64,000 nt of DNA from Callorhinchus milii (Eukaryota), in contig NW_024704742.1 of NCBI RefSeq assembly GCF_018977255.1, positions 59,150,001 to 59,214,000 of the forward strand, read 5' to 3'. Of this stretch, positions 38,558-52,789 are shown piece by piece; within the stretch, counting starts at the first letter, position 1, and each line of letters starts with the position of its first letter. A program made the translations under genes and the position numbers. The notes beneath the pieces are model-generated. The model was not told where the DNA came from and did not search any database. It was given only the letters and a program-made list of their open reading frames with translations.

Positions 38558-40732
38558 TACAAGTGATGAATTACTTGCGATATAGCTGTGCACAAAATGG
38601 TTGTTGTGTCTGGGTTCAAATGTAAAAGTCTGCTTTATACTGGACATTTTAATTTCTATAAAATGCAGTGAGACATTTTGACATGATAAATTACTATGAA
38701 CATTTAAGGTCTATCTTCTTTCTCAGTGTGATAAAAATCTTAAATTCACTACATTTTCCCACCAAGTTAAATCCTATCACTGTCCTCAAACGGTTAATTT
38801 TCTAATCTATTCTCATGTGTATAATTATTTCTTGAAATAGAAATGTTTCCAACTCAAACTGAATATTTTGAGGAATTTGCTGCAAAAACAGGTATCATGG
38901 AACATTGCTCTGCTGCTGTACGTTCATTTCATGGCTGCTGCTTTTGCCTACAAAATATACAGCTATTACACTTTATGGTAAGTCCTGTGAAACACTTACA
39001 CTTTCACCCACCCTAAGTGAAAGACACTATATCAAATGCAAGGTTCGTTATTATTTCTCTATGAATTCCTGGTCACACTGTTGGAGGTAGTGATATATAG
39101 GGATCCAGCTTTGTTTTGGGAAGAGAGTTGAAAAACAATTGAGAATGAACCACCTACTGATTCATTGGCACCGTCAGTCAGCTCCAGGGAACCATCTGTA
39201 ACAACTATAGTTATTCCACACCCCATATGGAGAGAATACATAGCTCGCAAAATGTGAGTGGGAGAAAGGCCAAGAAGTAAGGATTTATATAAATAATGAG
39301 AATAATAACTTTGCTTCTCATATATTGTGGAGTCAGGTCACACATATTGACTACATTTGGTATTCAACTGTCCCCCATTCTATGTTGTATTAATTCCACT
39401 GCACAGGTGTCATGTACACTGAAGTAACTGAACATCATCAATCACAAATGCCTAACATTGAAGAGCAAACTGGTTAAACATAGGTTCGGATGACAGAAGC
39501 TTCTATTTATAATGACATCTCAAAGCGCTTCACAGAATAGACTGTAATTTGAATTAACCATATATTTGTGGGCAAAACAGTTTACATTTACATTTAAAGC
39601 AGTTTACAGAAGGTTCAGGCTTTAATCCTTTCCTATGAAAAATATTTTGAAATACTATAGAGCCCAAGATATATAGTCACCCCACTTTGCAGTATATCCT
39701 AAGAAGTGATTTGAGACATCCACCTGACATGATAAACATTACGTCAACTGTAAGGATTATTATTATTAGATTTTTTTTACTTTGTAATGACTGATGATAC
39801 AGGCAAGACTTTTCAATATATTTTTTAATCACTACATTGAGTGTGTGCAAACAAATGACAAAGACCTGTCAAAGGTTTTTCATGAAGATGATTTTCCTTT
39901 AATAGAGGGGAAAAAAAGTCCTAATGTCTCTGTTTTATTTAACATGCAGCTAAATTTAAACTTTAAATTTGACCAAATCTCTCTTCCTCAAAATCATTTT
40001 GGGTTTTTAGATGTCCAAGTTATTCTTCAGATTTAACCCATTATTCCTCAATGTGTCTACACTGAGCCTTAACTTCCCATTATAACCTTTAATATTTGGC
40101 TTCACTGTATCTCAAAATACTACTGTGGCATTACCCCTGTTATGTAAGTGTTCCTTCAATTCATTATTGCCTCATCATAGATTTAGGTTACTAGGGTATA
40201 CTTTATTTATTTGTGGGAACCTTTAAATAAGACCCCAATGGTGAGTTAAACATTCCTTTTATCCAATTATTCCAATTACACAGGCAGCATGAAATGTAAG
40301 GGGAAAGAGCAACTGGTGCCAGAGCAACTTTATTTTCTCGTTAAACAATTGTCCTTATCAACAGGATGTCAATTAAAAGAACTGCATTGAATTTCCTCAG
40401 TTAGTTCAATTAATGCCCCTCATTGTCTCATTTATGCCAGAGTCCTATGGAATCAGATAGCGCACAAGATTATTTGGAGGAAAGGACAAATGGGATTAGC
40501 CCACGGCCTCTTGCTATTAGTTCAATTAAGTCAAGATCGTCCCCTAGCATTGACAAACAAAACCACATTTAACTTTTTAGGGACTGGAGGAACTTTTCTT
40601 TCCTTTGTTTACCGAAAATACAAATAATAATAAATAATCCTTATTCTTCTTGTAGACTAATAAAACAACAATGTCTGTCTGCGCTTCAAGAAGGATCTCA
40701 ATAATCGATTGACACAGAGACATGATTTATAC

Positions 40733-40818
40733 CTCATCGGACGGAAAGGTCTTGGACCTGGGAGTGACACGTGCATATCTGTTTTCTGCTTTATCTTCTT
40801 TGGTTCATGAGTTATGAC
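40733..40818 (-). CDS. Internal coding exon (phase 0 to 2): VITHEPKKIKQKTDMHVSLPGPRPFRPM
   Basis: Acceptor atacattttag|GTC, donor GAG|gtataa; only the phase-0 frame is open; CpGs retained; phase-compatible with both neighbours. Confidence 0.65.
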
Positions 40819-40934
40819 CTAAAATGTATTTCAGTTTTGCTTTTTTCACTGCAGTTACACCTGGGGGCCGCACTGGTTGACCATGGTGTTGTGGCATCCT
40901 GCATCACAGAGCCCGCATGTAGCCAAGCAGCGGC

Positions 40935-41140
40935 GGGGACCCCAAGCCTTGTCTCTCAGCACCAAAGAATTAGGTAATTAGGTGACTCCTTCCAGGAGAG
41001 AGTGTACATTTGATTTCAGACACAGGGAAATGTACATATGTAGTTGGTAAGATTATGTAGAACTCTCAGTCTGTCTTAGATTCTCTTGAGCATGGTGACA
41101 GATTTCTGGATGTATCAGACACCCAGTTGACCAAAACAAT
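40935..41140 (+). repeat. Unclassified interspersed repeat, 3' part
   Basis: Aligns with 60230-60445 (ccaagccttg...gaattaggtaa...tccagg...catggtga...gacacccagttgacc). Confidence 0.6.
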
Positions 41141-44100
41141 TCCCAGAAAAGCTTCAGGACAACACTCTAATGTTTTTGGTGGTCCTTCCTGGAAAGTAAG
41201 CAGGAAGCTTTCCAATGCCTCATACAAGTGAACTGGAAGGTTTTAGTTGGTGACTATACCAGTTTTAACCCCTGTTTAAAGTCTAGGGTCCCGAATGTCT
41301 TAATATCTGTGAACTGGCACCTGTGACTTTCCAGGCAGGATGTGTGCTTCCCACAGGGGAAGTGATTATACAATCCAGAACTGGCAACAGAAACTGTCCT
41401 TTTGTGAGGTCTCAGCAGCTGCAACTGGAGAATCTCAGGCACAACAATAGTTTTCTGCACTTCAGACTCCAGCTGAATAAACTTTAAAAATCCCTTATTT
41501 GGTGAAGCAGGAACTTATACCCTGAGGACCTGACAATTATTCCTATATTTATTTGTTATGATATTTAATCACTGCCACACAACATTACTGATATTTTTCA
41601 CTGAACTGTGATCTCCAAAGAGTGTCTAAAGAAGCACCCATAATGAAAGCAGTGCTTTCAACTTGGACCCAAGGTCTCATTGAGGCAACGTCAAGGACAT
41701 TGTGATATTCAACCCTGGAGAATACGCTGTTTATATTGTGTGGGTGCTTTTGTCAGTGGTCAGTCAGATGTACACCGCTGGAGTGCTGAGGCTCCACTAA
41801 TATATTTTTATTACCCAACAGCTTCAGTACCTTAAATTTAATTAAATTATGTTATATTTATTGATTTTCAGCATCAATTTGTATCGCTGATGCATAAAAT
41901 AACATTTTTATGGGGGATGGTGGAGGAGGGGAGGGGAAATATGACCAAAAGCACAGTCAAAGAGATAGGTCTTGAGAAGGACCTTGAATGAGGTGAGGTA
42001 GGGAGCGAGTCAGAGGGACTCTGGGATGGAGTATTGTATGTTGCATGGAAAGTAAGATTCCTTCCTTCTCAAGGTTATTAATACATTTCATGAACAATAG
42101 TAATCCAGAGGAGCATCCTTAAGGGATTGTGCTTGTCACTGCTGCCACCGTGAAATTATTCTGATGAATAGCTAGTATTTCCTGTCTATTATCTAGACAA
42201 TTCATATCCAATTTGTAACTTCCTCCTTGATCACACAAGCTTTTAGCTTAGCCATAGGTCTCCTATAAGGGGCCTCGTCAAATGCTTTCTCTAAGTGAAG
42301 ATTTATAATGTAACCCCTTCATCCACTCAGTCATATCTTCAAAGAATTCAAAGAATTGCAATATATTTGTTTCATGAATTCATATTGCCTTTGATTCAAC
42401 ACGTTTGTTCCCACATGACCACACTTTTAAAAACTTTCTTTATAAGAGAATTTAGTATCTTTCAGTATCAGTATCAGCAGTATCACTACTGACATGAGAT
42501 CCAGAATCAAGTTTTGACCTTTCTCAAAGACTGGAATCACATTAGCTGTACTCGTAGCTTTCTTTCTCCATTCCTGGGCCCAAGTAGCTGTCCAAGATTT
42601 TCATTGTAGCTCTCCTTCAACCCTTGTATCATTTTGCAATCTCATACATATTGTATTGCAGATTTGGAAATCATGCAATTCAGACTCCCATATACAATTT
42701 TAATGAGTTGAATATTGGATTGAAGGAGTCAAAGTGGAGACTGTTGGTGCAGTAATGATATTCTGCTTCTTAATGTCCAGAGTACCTTATAAATACATTT
42801 ACTAAGTGTAGCACTGACAACCAGTGGGGGAATCATAAAGTACTCATAAAAATCCTTCATTTTGTATTGAACTGTTAGGCTCTTTGATTCTCAATGAAGC
42901 AATTTATTGCAATGCCAATCATCTAGTGGACACATGGACATTTTAGTTTTGAATCTAACATTGCTGATGAATTACTAAAGAATTAGTGTAAGTCTAGCCC
43001 CTGGTGGAATTTCTCCATCTACCACACCCCACGCATACTTTCTGCTAACTTGACTTGAATGCCATTGTATTGATATGCTGTAAGTTTTTTGTTTACATTT
43101 ATATGATACATTTCAGGATACATAGTATTTGCTGACACATACCCTGAAATTGTGGACATGCGGATTCACTACCCCACTTGGTCAATTGAAATATTTAAGA
43201 GGGGAATATATCAATATTTCACATGCAGGTATATCAGGGAAGGGATATTAGGACTATGGTTAAAGGGTCAGGAAATAGTATTAAATTGTATTTTAGCCTG
43301 ATCTAATAAAATGGTGGAGCAGACTCACTGGGCTGAATGGTTCACTACTCCTGTTCCCACCTTCTTATGATATAAATACACTTAAACAACAATGTACAGC
43401 ACCAGATCTAATTTGGAACAATGAACTCTTAAGCATTTAGTACAAGCAGTAATGGGTGGTGCATCTAATTGTGCCTTGTGATGTTTTAAATATTTTCTTA
43501 AAATGAAGCATAATAGATGTTATTACAACAATGCATCATTGAAGACAATTTAAGTGTAACAGAGATCTCTTGAACTTGGTCTGAAATTTCTCATGGTCTT
43601 AATCTTCAGACCAATGTCCTATTAATAATTTACATTTATACAACACCTTTCATGTTGGAGAAGTCACTTTGCAGAGACTGAGTGGGATCCTGAGCTGACT
43701 GGGGAGGGGGATGGACGAAGCTGCTAAAAGCACAATCAGAAGGTGAGCTGTGGTTTGAACGAAATGGACAGGTTCTGTATAGGTTTCGCAAGCTGGAGTG
43801 AGCACCCAGGGAGGTTGATGTGGTCAATGCCAGAGGCAAGCCAAGCAGGAGAGCTTCAATAGCTTGAGGAAATGTGGAAAATTCTTTAATCCAGCATTAA
43901 TTTGGAAGCTGGCATGCTTGCAGTTTATACAAAACTGCAGAAAAACGGCTTTCAAATTTGTCTGGATTTATGATTTTCCACAATTCTGTACGCTCTTAAA
44001 TTTTAGGGCAACAGTATTAAAGGCTACAATGCTGAAGATTCTCAGAATTTGATCTTGGAGTTCGCTTCAACTCTATAAAGGTAGTGAGATACCAGTAGGG

Positions 44101-44844
44101 AAGTCACAGATTTGTCATAGCCTAATACAGACTTGGTTCAACAAGTGATGATTAATTTTGTATTCAAACGAATACAGGAAAGAGAGTATCACAGGCAGAA
44201 CAAGCGATACATGAAGCTTTCTTACTGACAATCAATGCAGATGTTTTGCATCATCACAGAATACTGAAGTGCAGTATAATTGGAAACACTGCTAACATCT
44301 GTGGTGAATTTAAATTTAAAAAATTACATTAAAAAGTCAGCAGCACCCTCAGTCTCTTTGCTATCTATTGCCTGTCACACTTAAGAGGCTCCATGTGCTT
44401 GCTGTGCATGTACCTTAAAGAATCTCTTATTATTGCATCTGACAAGTTTTGTTTACTTGATAATATTGAGTCTTTGTCAAATGCTATCTTGTGTCATGGT
44501 GAACATCAGTGCTTCAGGCATGCTATTTTCATTTCTGATTTATCACTGTTTAGCCCATTTTATCTGCCTTATGTAAGTCAACATCGTCTCCTGATACCAA
44601 ATGGCCATTACAACAATTCTTGTAAAATCTTTGCTGAACATCAGTATCTGCACTGATAAAATAATAATCCTTACATTTCACGTTGGGAGGATTTCTGAAA
44701 GTGCTTCAACGATATACTACAAAAAAGTTTAAAATTCCATTTGCAATTGCTATATTTCAGCTCCCACCCCCACCTCAGGAGTTGTTAGACACTTTAAAGT
44801 GTCCTCTCGACATGAAAGGTACAATATAAATGTAAATTGCATTG

Positions 44845-45240
44845 TAAAGTCGGATCGACTTCAAGATCCTCACTCTCGTGCTCAAATCCATTCACTCCCT
44901 GGCACCTCCCTAACTCTCCAATCTCCTCACTCCCCAATCCATCACCCTGTGCCTCCACTTGACTGGCACTGACCTCCTGCTCGTCCCTCGCGCCCTTCGC
45001 CCCACCATCAGAGGTTGTGCTTTCACCCACTACACCCCAAAACTCTGGAATACTCTCCCTCAATCACTCCGCCTTGCCCCCTCGCTCCAATCTTTCAAGT
45101 CCCACCTGAAAACTGTGCTCTTCGACCGTGCTTATGGCCACTTCCCCCCTCCCCCCTTTCCCTGGCTTGGAGTCAGGCTCCGCCACTGTTAAGCACACTG
45201 AGACTCTACCCTGCATGAAGTGCAAATTGTTTTGTTGTTG
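44845..45240 (+). mobile_element. L2 3' fragment
   Basis: LLLVPRALRPTIRGCAFTHYTPKLWNTLPQSLRLAPSLQSFKSHLKTVLFDRAY. Confidence 0.9.
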
Positions 45241-45677
45241 TAAAGACCCAGCAACTCATTTCAATATTATCATCTTAGGGAGAAGTGCCTAATTTGACTC
45301 AAGTTCTGGAATACAATTAATCTATCTATTCTTAAAGACATTGACTCCAGGTAGGAATTCCCAGCACCAGTCCCACTGTATGAAATGCTTTGAGATGTTC
45401 TCCTGATGTGAAAAGTCTCTATGTAAATAAATATTGTTGTGGTTTCAGTATTTACAAACAATATTGTATTAAAACCGTTGGCAGTGGAGAAGGGTGGGGG
45501 GGGGTCACACTAACATTCACCCAATGAAAATGATGGAAAGGGGCGGAAGTATATTTCTGTCCCTCCCCCAACGTAAAAAGCTTTCACTACTTTGTATTAG
45601 GAAACGGTGGACAAGATTGACTGGAGCAAAAACAGGCTGACATTGAACAGCAGATATGGGGGAGTGGATAGATATTC

Positions 45678-46340
45678 AACAACAACAATTTGCATTTGTA
45701 CAGCACCCTCCACTCAGAGTAGGGTCCCGGAGTACTGGGCAGAGGCAGAGTCTGCCAGAGGGAGAGGGAGGGGGAAGGTGACTGTAAGCATGATCAAAAA
45801 AAGGTCTTTAGATGAGATTTGAAGGTGGGGAGGGAGGGGGAAAAACAACAACAACAAGATTCCATTTATAGAGCGCCTTTCACGTCGGGAGGAGGTCCCA
45901 AGGCGCCGATGATAGGGCGTTTGGGGCGGGGGATGTGGAGCAGACCGGAGCCAGAGGAACGGAGGGTACGGGCAGGTAGGTAGGGGGATAGTAGGTTGGA
46001 GAGGTAGGAGGGAGCGAGGCCGTGAATGGCCTTGTAGGTGAGGATGAGGATCTTGAATTCGATCCTCTGGGGGATGGGGAGCCACACTCAGCGGGAGAGG
46101 GATTGAGGGAGAGAGTTCCAGAGTTTTGGGGTACAGTGGCTAAAGGCATAGCCATCGATGGTGGAGCAGGTGGTGGTGTGGGGGGTAAGCAGATTGAACA
46201 AGTAGGGAGGTGCGAGGGCATGAAAGGATTTGAAAAGGAGTGAGAGGATCTGGAATTGGTAGTTCGGAGCCAGTGAGGCCAGGCGAGGACTGGTGTGATG
46301 GGGATATGGAGTTTTGTATGGGTGAGTATCTGGGCATATT
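45678..46340 (-). mobile_element. Old L2 interrupted by a younger, internally deleted L2 (45845-46084)
   Basis: Two (TTG)n tails; inner copy WLPIPQRIEFKILILTYKAIHGLAPSYLS; the outer copy resumes at about 46090. Confidence 0.85.
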
Positions 46341-46559
46341 CTGTAGTTTTGGTCGAATATTTTTGCTGATTAGGAAGTAATCAGAAAGAGTTTTATTTTC
46401 CTGAAAGGATTAGATGAAAGTGGAAAGTAGGCTGGAACGTAATCTGTGGAAGGAGTGAGCGATATGGGCAGAATGACATTTTTTCTTCTGTAACCTTTTG
46501 CTTCAATATGGGTAGGTGCAATTGCTTTTCTTTTAGTTTCTAGAGGCTCACTAAGACAA

Positions 46560-46575
46560 AGGTTGAGAACCCCTG
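46560..46575 (-). mobile_element. Solo hAT-like terminal inverted repeat
   Basis: aggttgagaacccctg, the reverse complement of CAGGGGTTCTCAACCT; no partner found. Confidence 0.3.
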
Positions 46576-47000
46576 GTCAAGCCTCTTCCATCTTTGTGTC
46601 AGCCTGACTCAGTGCAAGTGCCACGCAGCCTGTTCTGTGTTCCTGTAACTGCTATATATTTGGGTTGATTTCGCTTTAACCGGGGCCACGTGGCGGTCCC
46701 TCATGGTTGATTTTACCTCAAATGTTTGTGGATGACTAGGGTGTACCTATCAGAGGAGCCCAGCGATCATTAATCAAACATTAGGAAGGCATGATTGGTT
46801 GTAATTTCAACCCCTGGCCAACCCTCCCAATCTCCAGCTTCCACCCCTCCCAATCGTAAACAGTTTCCACCACCAGTACAATACAAAATACAATAAAAAA
46901 TTGCATTTGTATCGTGCCTATCATGTCGGGAGGATGTCCCAAGGCATTGTGGTTAAAACAGCATAAAAGCCAGGCAATGGCTTAACATATATGTCTGAAA

Positions 47001-47345
47001 TAATAATAATAATCCTTGCATTTGCTATAGCAGCTTATCACGTCTTTGAGACATCTCAAAGTGCTTCACAGAATATACTGTAAAGTGAATCGACTGTGTT
47101 TTGTGGGCGAAACGCTGCAGCTAATTGCGCACAGCAGTGTCCACAAACAGTCAAATAATTAAGTGATCAAATTATTATGATTTTTTTTGAAGGGATTATT
47201 ACCCCTGGAAAAGGGATCTGCTAATCGACTAACAACCGGGTTTCTATTTATTGCTAGGTAAACAAAGGCGTGTGGAGTAAGGAAACATGCCCGACATTTC
47301 ACCCTGGTGGGAATCAAACCCAGGTCCTCTCGCTTGCAAATCAAC
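47001..47345 (-). mobile_element. SINE, head type A
   Basis: Reverse complement of the 18843-19240 architecture. Confidence 0.85.
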
Positions 47346-48777
47346 ATGTGAAGATGCAACTATAGTTTTTGTGAGAAATAATACTTGATACACAACATTC
47401 AGGCTTCCAAAATGTTTTTTCTGTAAAAACAGGGAACGAACAGAGCCATTTCTTGCTGTCAGCCTGTTGAGTTTAGAAATCAGGGCGAAGTGTTGATTTC
47501 TCCACAGCTAAGTCATCACTACCCCAGCCATCCTCCTCCATGATTAATGATAGGTATTTATTCCATATTACATTGAGGTTACAAAATAAATTAAAGAAAA
47601 AAAGATACGTGCACCATACCATTTACTAGATTATTCACACAAGTGTGATTTCCCTTCATTTAAAAAAAACAAATCAGATAAACAATTATGGAAACAATCT
47701 GCAAAGCAAAATGATTTTCAAAGCGATAAGCCCGATCAACTTTCCCATCTCAGCCTTCTGCACTGCGCGTCACCTTACAGGTTACAAAACATATTGACAA
47801 AATAATATGCTCTTTGTAGTGATTAGGTAAAATGTTGATACTGAATAACCTTGGTGAAAATCAAATACATTGACTTTTTTTTACAAAAACGATTTGCGAG
47901 GAAAGTATGTGTATTTTCTTGAAGAAAACATAAGGAGTGCAAAGAATGTAACAAGCCGCTCGTTACAAATCCACAGTCACTACACTTCACAGTAAATCCT
48001 GTGAAATGCTTTAAGATGTGAAAGGTGTTAGGTGATAATTATAATAATCCTTAATTTTGATTTCATGTCGGGAGGATGTCGCAAAGTGCTTCACAAAGTG
48101 CAGTGAAATGACTATATTTTGCAGTCAAACACCAGGTAGCCAATTTGCACCCAGTAATGTCCCACTAACAGCTATGAAGTGAATGACCATCTTTATTTGG
48201 GAGATTACTGGCCGGGACATATATCAAATGCAACAATTATTATCACAATATATTAAAAGAGGAGTACCCCCATCTGGAACAGTACTGTAGCTCTAATATA
48301 TGTCTGCTTTTATAACTACAAATCAAAATTAACTTATTAAATTCTATTCGATTACTCACACAAGAGGTTCTGTATTATCGTGCTGGTTTGCCAGGTACCC
48401 AGCAATATGAAAAGCTAGAGGGGAGTAGACACAAAGTAAGGGTGGAGTGGGAGGGTGTACTTAAAATATTCAGACAGCAGATACAGTGCTGTATCTCCAA
48501 CTAATGTAATTGCCAGGGAAAATTTATTTTATTACAATGCTTTGCATAAAATGGCTTGCAGCATTACCATTTTCCATATTCGTTTTAATTTCACATGAAT
48601 TTTAGCAGAAAGCAAACAGCCAGTTATGCAACATTGTAACAAGGTTGCAAGGGAAGCTTTTTGAAGAGTTGAGCGGCATCCAGTTAGTTGAAAACTTTAA
48701 AATTTAAAGTCTGAATTGGAAAAATAAACTGGTTCACTTGAGGTAAATAATTGAGTTATTTTATTCCAATGGGCATA

Positions 48778-49050
48778 AGAATAATCCTTGCACTTGTTAA
48801 AGCACCTTATCACTTTGAGACATCTCAAAGCGCTTTGCAAAGTTTTCCGTAAAGTGCAGTGATTGTGAATTTGTAGGTGAAAGTGACAGCTCACCACAAA
48901 CAGCCATTAAGTAAATAGCCGATTATTTTATTTGGGAGACTGCTGTAGGTTGGATATCGGAAAAAAATCCCCACTCTTATTCAATAATGCCATGGAATTT
49001 TTAATATCCAGATGGGACTTCTGTGAAGGGCCATATCTTCGATATTGCAG
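48778..49050 (-). mobile_element. Deu-type SINE, degenerate
   Basis: Tail and body similarity to the other copies. Confidence 0.65.
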
Positions 49051-49849
49051 CATCTAGCAATGACATAACCAGAGTTCACTTATCACGGACACATCTGAGT
49101 CCCTTTTGCACTGTGAAGTGAAGAACAACTACTGTGCTCCTTGAGTTCAAACAATTAGAGGCTCAACGACTTATTTCAGCCTGTAAGATAAACTACTGCA
49201 GACTTTTTCACTGTAAACCTTTCAGACCAGAGTAACAATAAAAAAATTCCACCTTGAAATCCTGACCCATTTTAACAATGCCAATAAATCTTGTTAATTT
49301 TCATATGGAGCCAATAGAGATGTTTTAAGATGATTTTACAAGCTTTATGCTCATTGACATCTTAGGATTCAGAATCTTATAAACATCTGAACCATTACCC
49401 ACCAGGCCAATGCAAAAGCTGGAATGGGACAAGTGCTTCCAACAATTTAGTGAACTAGCTCGGTCTACCGATTAAAGTGAAAAAAAATTGCATCACATCA
49501 CTCCTAGGCATTTGGGAATATCTATTGCAGCAGAAACACATTGCAATTGGAGAAATAGATAAAAGTGTATGATACCATGCTAAAACACTGGATCAGTTTG
49601 AATGATATAATGATATTAATAATCCTTGCATTGAAGTTCTCTGGGAATCTACTCTGTGTGAGGGGCGCTATATAAATGCACGTTGTTTATGTTGTTCTTG
49701 ATGTAGAACCTTATCACGTCATGTTGAGATGTCTCAAAGCGTTTCACAGAATATTTTGTAAAGTGGATTGACTGTGTATTTTGTGAGCAAAATAAACTAT
49801 TCTAACAATAATAATAATATTAAAATAATAATAATAAAACTAATGATAA

Positions 49850-50030
49850 CAATCCCTCAAAAAATACCAATAATAAATTGGTCATTTTCAATCCACGACT
49901 GTTTGTGGGACACTGCAATTGGCTGCCGCATTTCGCCCACAAATATATGCAGTCTATTCTGTGAAGTGCTTTGAGATGTCTAGAAGACGTGGAAAGCATT
50001 ATATTAAATGTAAGGATTATTATTATTATT
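49850..50030 (+). mobile_element. SINE 3' half
   Basis: aattggtcattttcaatccacgactgtttgtgggaca...(TTA)n. Confidence 0.8.
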
Positions 50031-52084
50031 GTTGAAAACAAGTCTGAAAGGCCAAGAAAGTCAGATGGACCTTTGAGATACTTTATAGCTTTGTGGTTCA
50101 TCATAAGATCATGACTGTGCTCTTGTACCCAATAAACAGCAGAAAAGTCCTTCAGATGATCAGTCTAGCCAATGAAAAGATGATGCACACGTTAATTGTT
50201 TTCACATTTGCTTTCATAATTAAAACTAAGATCAAATTCCATGAATCTTTAATACAAATAAATATCAGTGGAGAATGTTTCACAAACTGAATTTTGATAA
50301 GCACAACTGGGCCAGATATTCCTTAAGGAAGTGCAAGAGGTGACGCTCTGGTTAATCTTTTTAGGAGCTCCATTAAAACTGAAGCTTTACCTGAGATTTA
50401 GAAAAAGAACTGATTAATTGTTCAATCATCTCACTGCTATTTGTGGGATGTTGCTAGGGCAAATCAGCTGTCATGTTTGCTTACACATCCACAGCCACTG
50501 CATTTAAAGTAACTAATTGTATGAAATGCTTTAGAAGTTTCACTGTAAGGTACTTTATCAAAAACGCAAGTGATAAAAAACATAGCAGCTTCTGGAAAAT
50601 CTCTGTATTTTTAGCAGTATAAAATACTGCTTCAGGTGTGTGGAAATCAACAAGAACCATTAAAAATCTGCCACGATAAAATGGCCCGAGAGGAAATATG
50701 TCAAACCTAAACTATTTACTGATCTCGAAAATCCTGTTCAACTTTGACTAATACTAGAAATCTCTATTCACGAGTCACCAGCTCCGATCCACACCTTTTG
50801 AAGATGTTTTCCATCTCATCTGCTAAAAGCAATATCTTTTGACAAAAATACAGGTCCTGTTATTATGAAAGATTCCCTGATCATTGTGTTTATTACATTG
50901 GAACGCAAGGAATGTACAGGAATGGAAAAGGTCATTGTAGTCTATCTGATATATCCCAAAGATAATGAAAAACTTTACAGTATTCTATCTCTCACGCCCT
51001 CAAATCGATCTATTCACAAAGTAGCTATCTAATTCCTTCTTGAATTGGCTCACTCAGTTTGCTTCCACCATCTATCTGGAGAATTTTTTTCAAATCCTCA
51101 ACAATCTGTGTAAAATAGTTATATCTGAATGGTCAATTCATCTTCCTTCATCTGGAATTTGAGTTTGGGGTTTCCTGGCATATTTTTTGCATTTCTACTA
51201 CATGATCTTATTTTATTTTACTTATTGCAAATATCGCTTTATTCAATTCTTTCATAGATCTATTAAACTATTAAGTTTCTTGATTTGCAATTTTGCAGGA
51301 ATGCTTTCCCCCAGCTAGAGTTGATCATCTTACTTGTGCAATGAAGCACATCATTGAGTAGAGATGCCTTACCAATTGGAACTTGTGCAAATAGAGAGGG
51401 ATTTCACATTGGATCAAAGTTTAACATCTCTGTCCTGGCTGGAAGCTACAAAGTGGAAGAGGGGCAGAAGAAAAAGGCCCTGCTTGGACAGGATACATCA
51501 CATTCTCCTATAGAAGTGCCATCAAGTGAATGGATTCTGAATGTCTTTTTGAAGACCGTTTTAATAATGTACATCTCTTTATCCCCTGTGGGGTGTGTTA
51601 AGGACCAATAAGTGATGTATGACCTCAATTTGACAGTGAGATTGCTTTCTCAAAGCTCAGAAAAGTTTCTAATATCACTGAGAAGGGTTGGAGTTTAGCC
51701 AAATGGAATGCTTTCTTGCTGCATGCATGCTGTGTTCAGGGGTCAAGGAGTGCTGACGATTTATGCAATTCATATCAGCTCTCTGACTGCATAATTAATG
51801 AGGATATTTAGACCATATTAGTCTTACTGAAGCACATATTTTTTGTGAATCTGGCTCAGTCGTTAGTATCAGAAGATCATGTGTTCAGTGTCCGCACAAG
51901 GACCTGAATTGCTGAGGAGATGAATACTAGCAGTTCAGTAGGCAAATGCACCATTTAGTATGGTATTGATGCACGTAGACACAGAAGACTTAGATTTGAT
52001 CCGCACTTAGTCGACTGAAATAAGATGAACTATCAATGAGAACCCTACCATTAACAACAATATATATTAACATAATGCTTCAGT

Positions 52085-52705
52085 GTGTCATCCTTGCTCA
52101 ATTAGTGGCATGCTAGCCCCTAAGTCAGAAAGTTGTAGGTTCAAACCCCGCGTCAGGACTTTGAACTCTTAGAGTCTTGGCTAACACTCCACTCATACAG
52201 TCTTGTTGGAGGTGTCTTCCATTGTCGGTTCTGTCGTCCTTTGGATAAGACGTTAAACTGAAGTCCTGTCTGCCTGATCAGGTGGACATTAAAAGATCCC
52301 ATGTTACTATTCAAAAAGAGAAGTGAATTTCTGCTGATGTCCTAACCAATGATTCCCCAGATAAAAATCAGGGCATTGCAATTTTCTGCCTATTTGCCCC
52401 TTGTTGCCCATTTTCAGATCGCTGCTGAATAACTTTTGCTTCAACAGTGCCTACTCTTCTGCTCTCCCCTCTCCCTGGCTTGGGATCAAACTCCACCACT
52501 GTTTAGTGCCCTGAGATATTACCCCATGTAAATGGTGCTTTATAAATGCAAGTTGTTGTAATTCACATCACGGCTGTTCGTGGGGCATTGTTGTATTCAC
52601 CTACAAAATACAAAGTGCCTACATTTTAATTCTGTTAATCCTGTGAAGCACTTTCAGACGTTCTCCTAAGGTGAATGGTATTATATCAAATGCAAGGACT
52701 ATTAT
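52085..52705 (+). mobile_element. Deu-type SINE (head type B) interrupted by an L2 3' fragment (about 52380-52560)
   Basis: Head and body to 52370, L2-like tail ending gcaagttgttg, SINE body resumes at about 52561. Confidence 0.7.
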
Positions 52706-52789
52706 TTATTTCTTAATTCATATAGAAAGACCATCTCAAAGAGCTTTAAAAGTTTGAGTGGGTGCCTGAGTTGGTAGGACAATTGAGAG

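Noticed and set aside
46661..46814. Possible MITE with gggttga...tcaacccc ends
   Set aside because: Termini too short and degenerate; no TSD or second copy.
47385..47420. 36 bp minus-strand phase-0 micro-exon KKHFGSLNVVYQ
   Set aside because: Good acceptor but weak donor, and too short to tell from chance.
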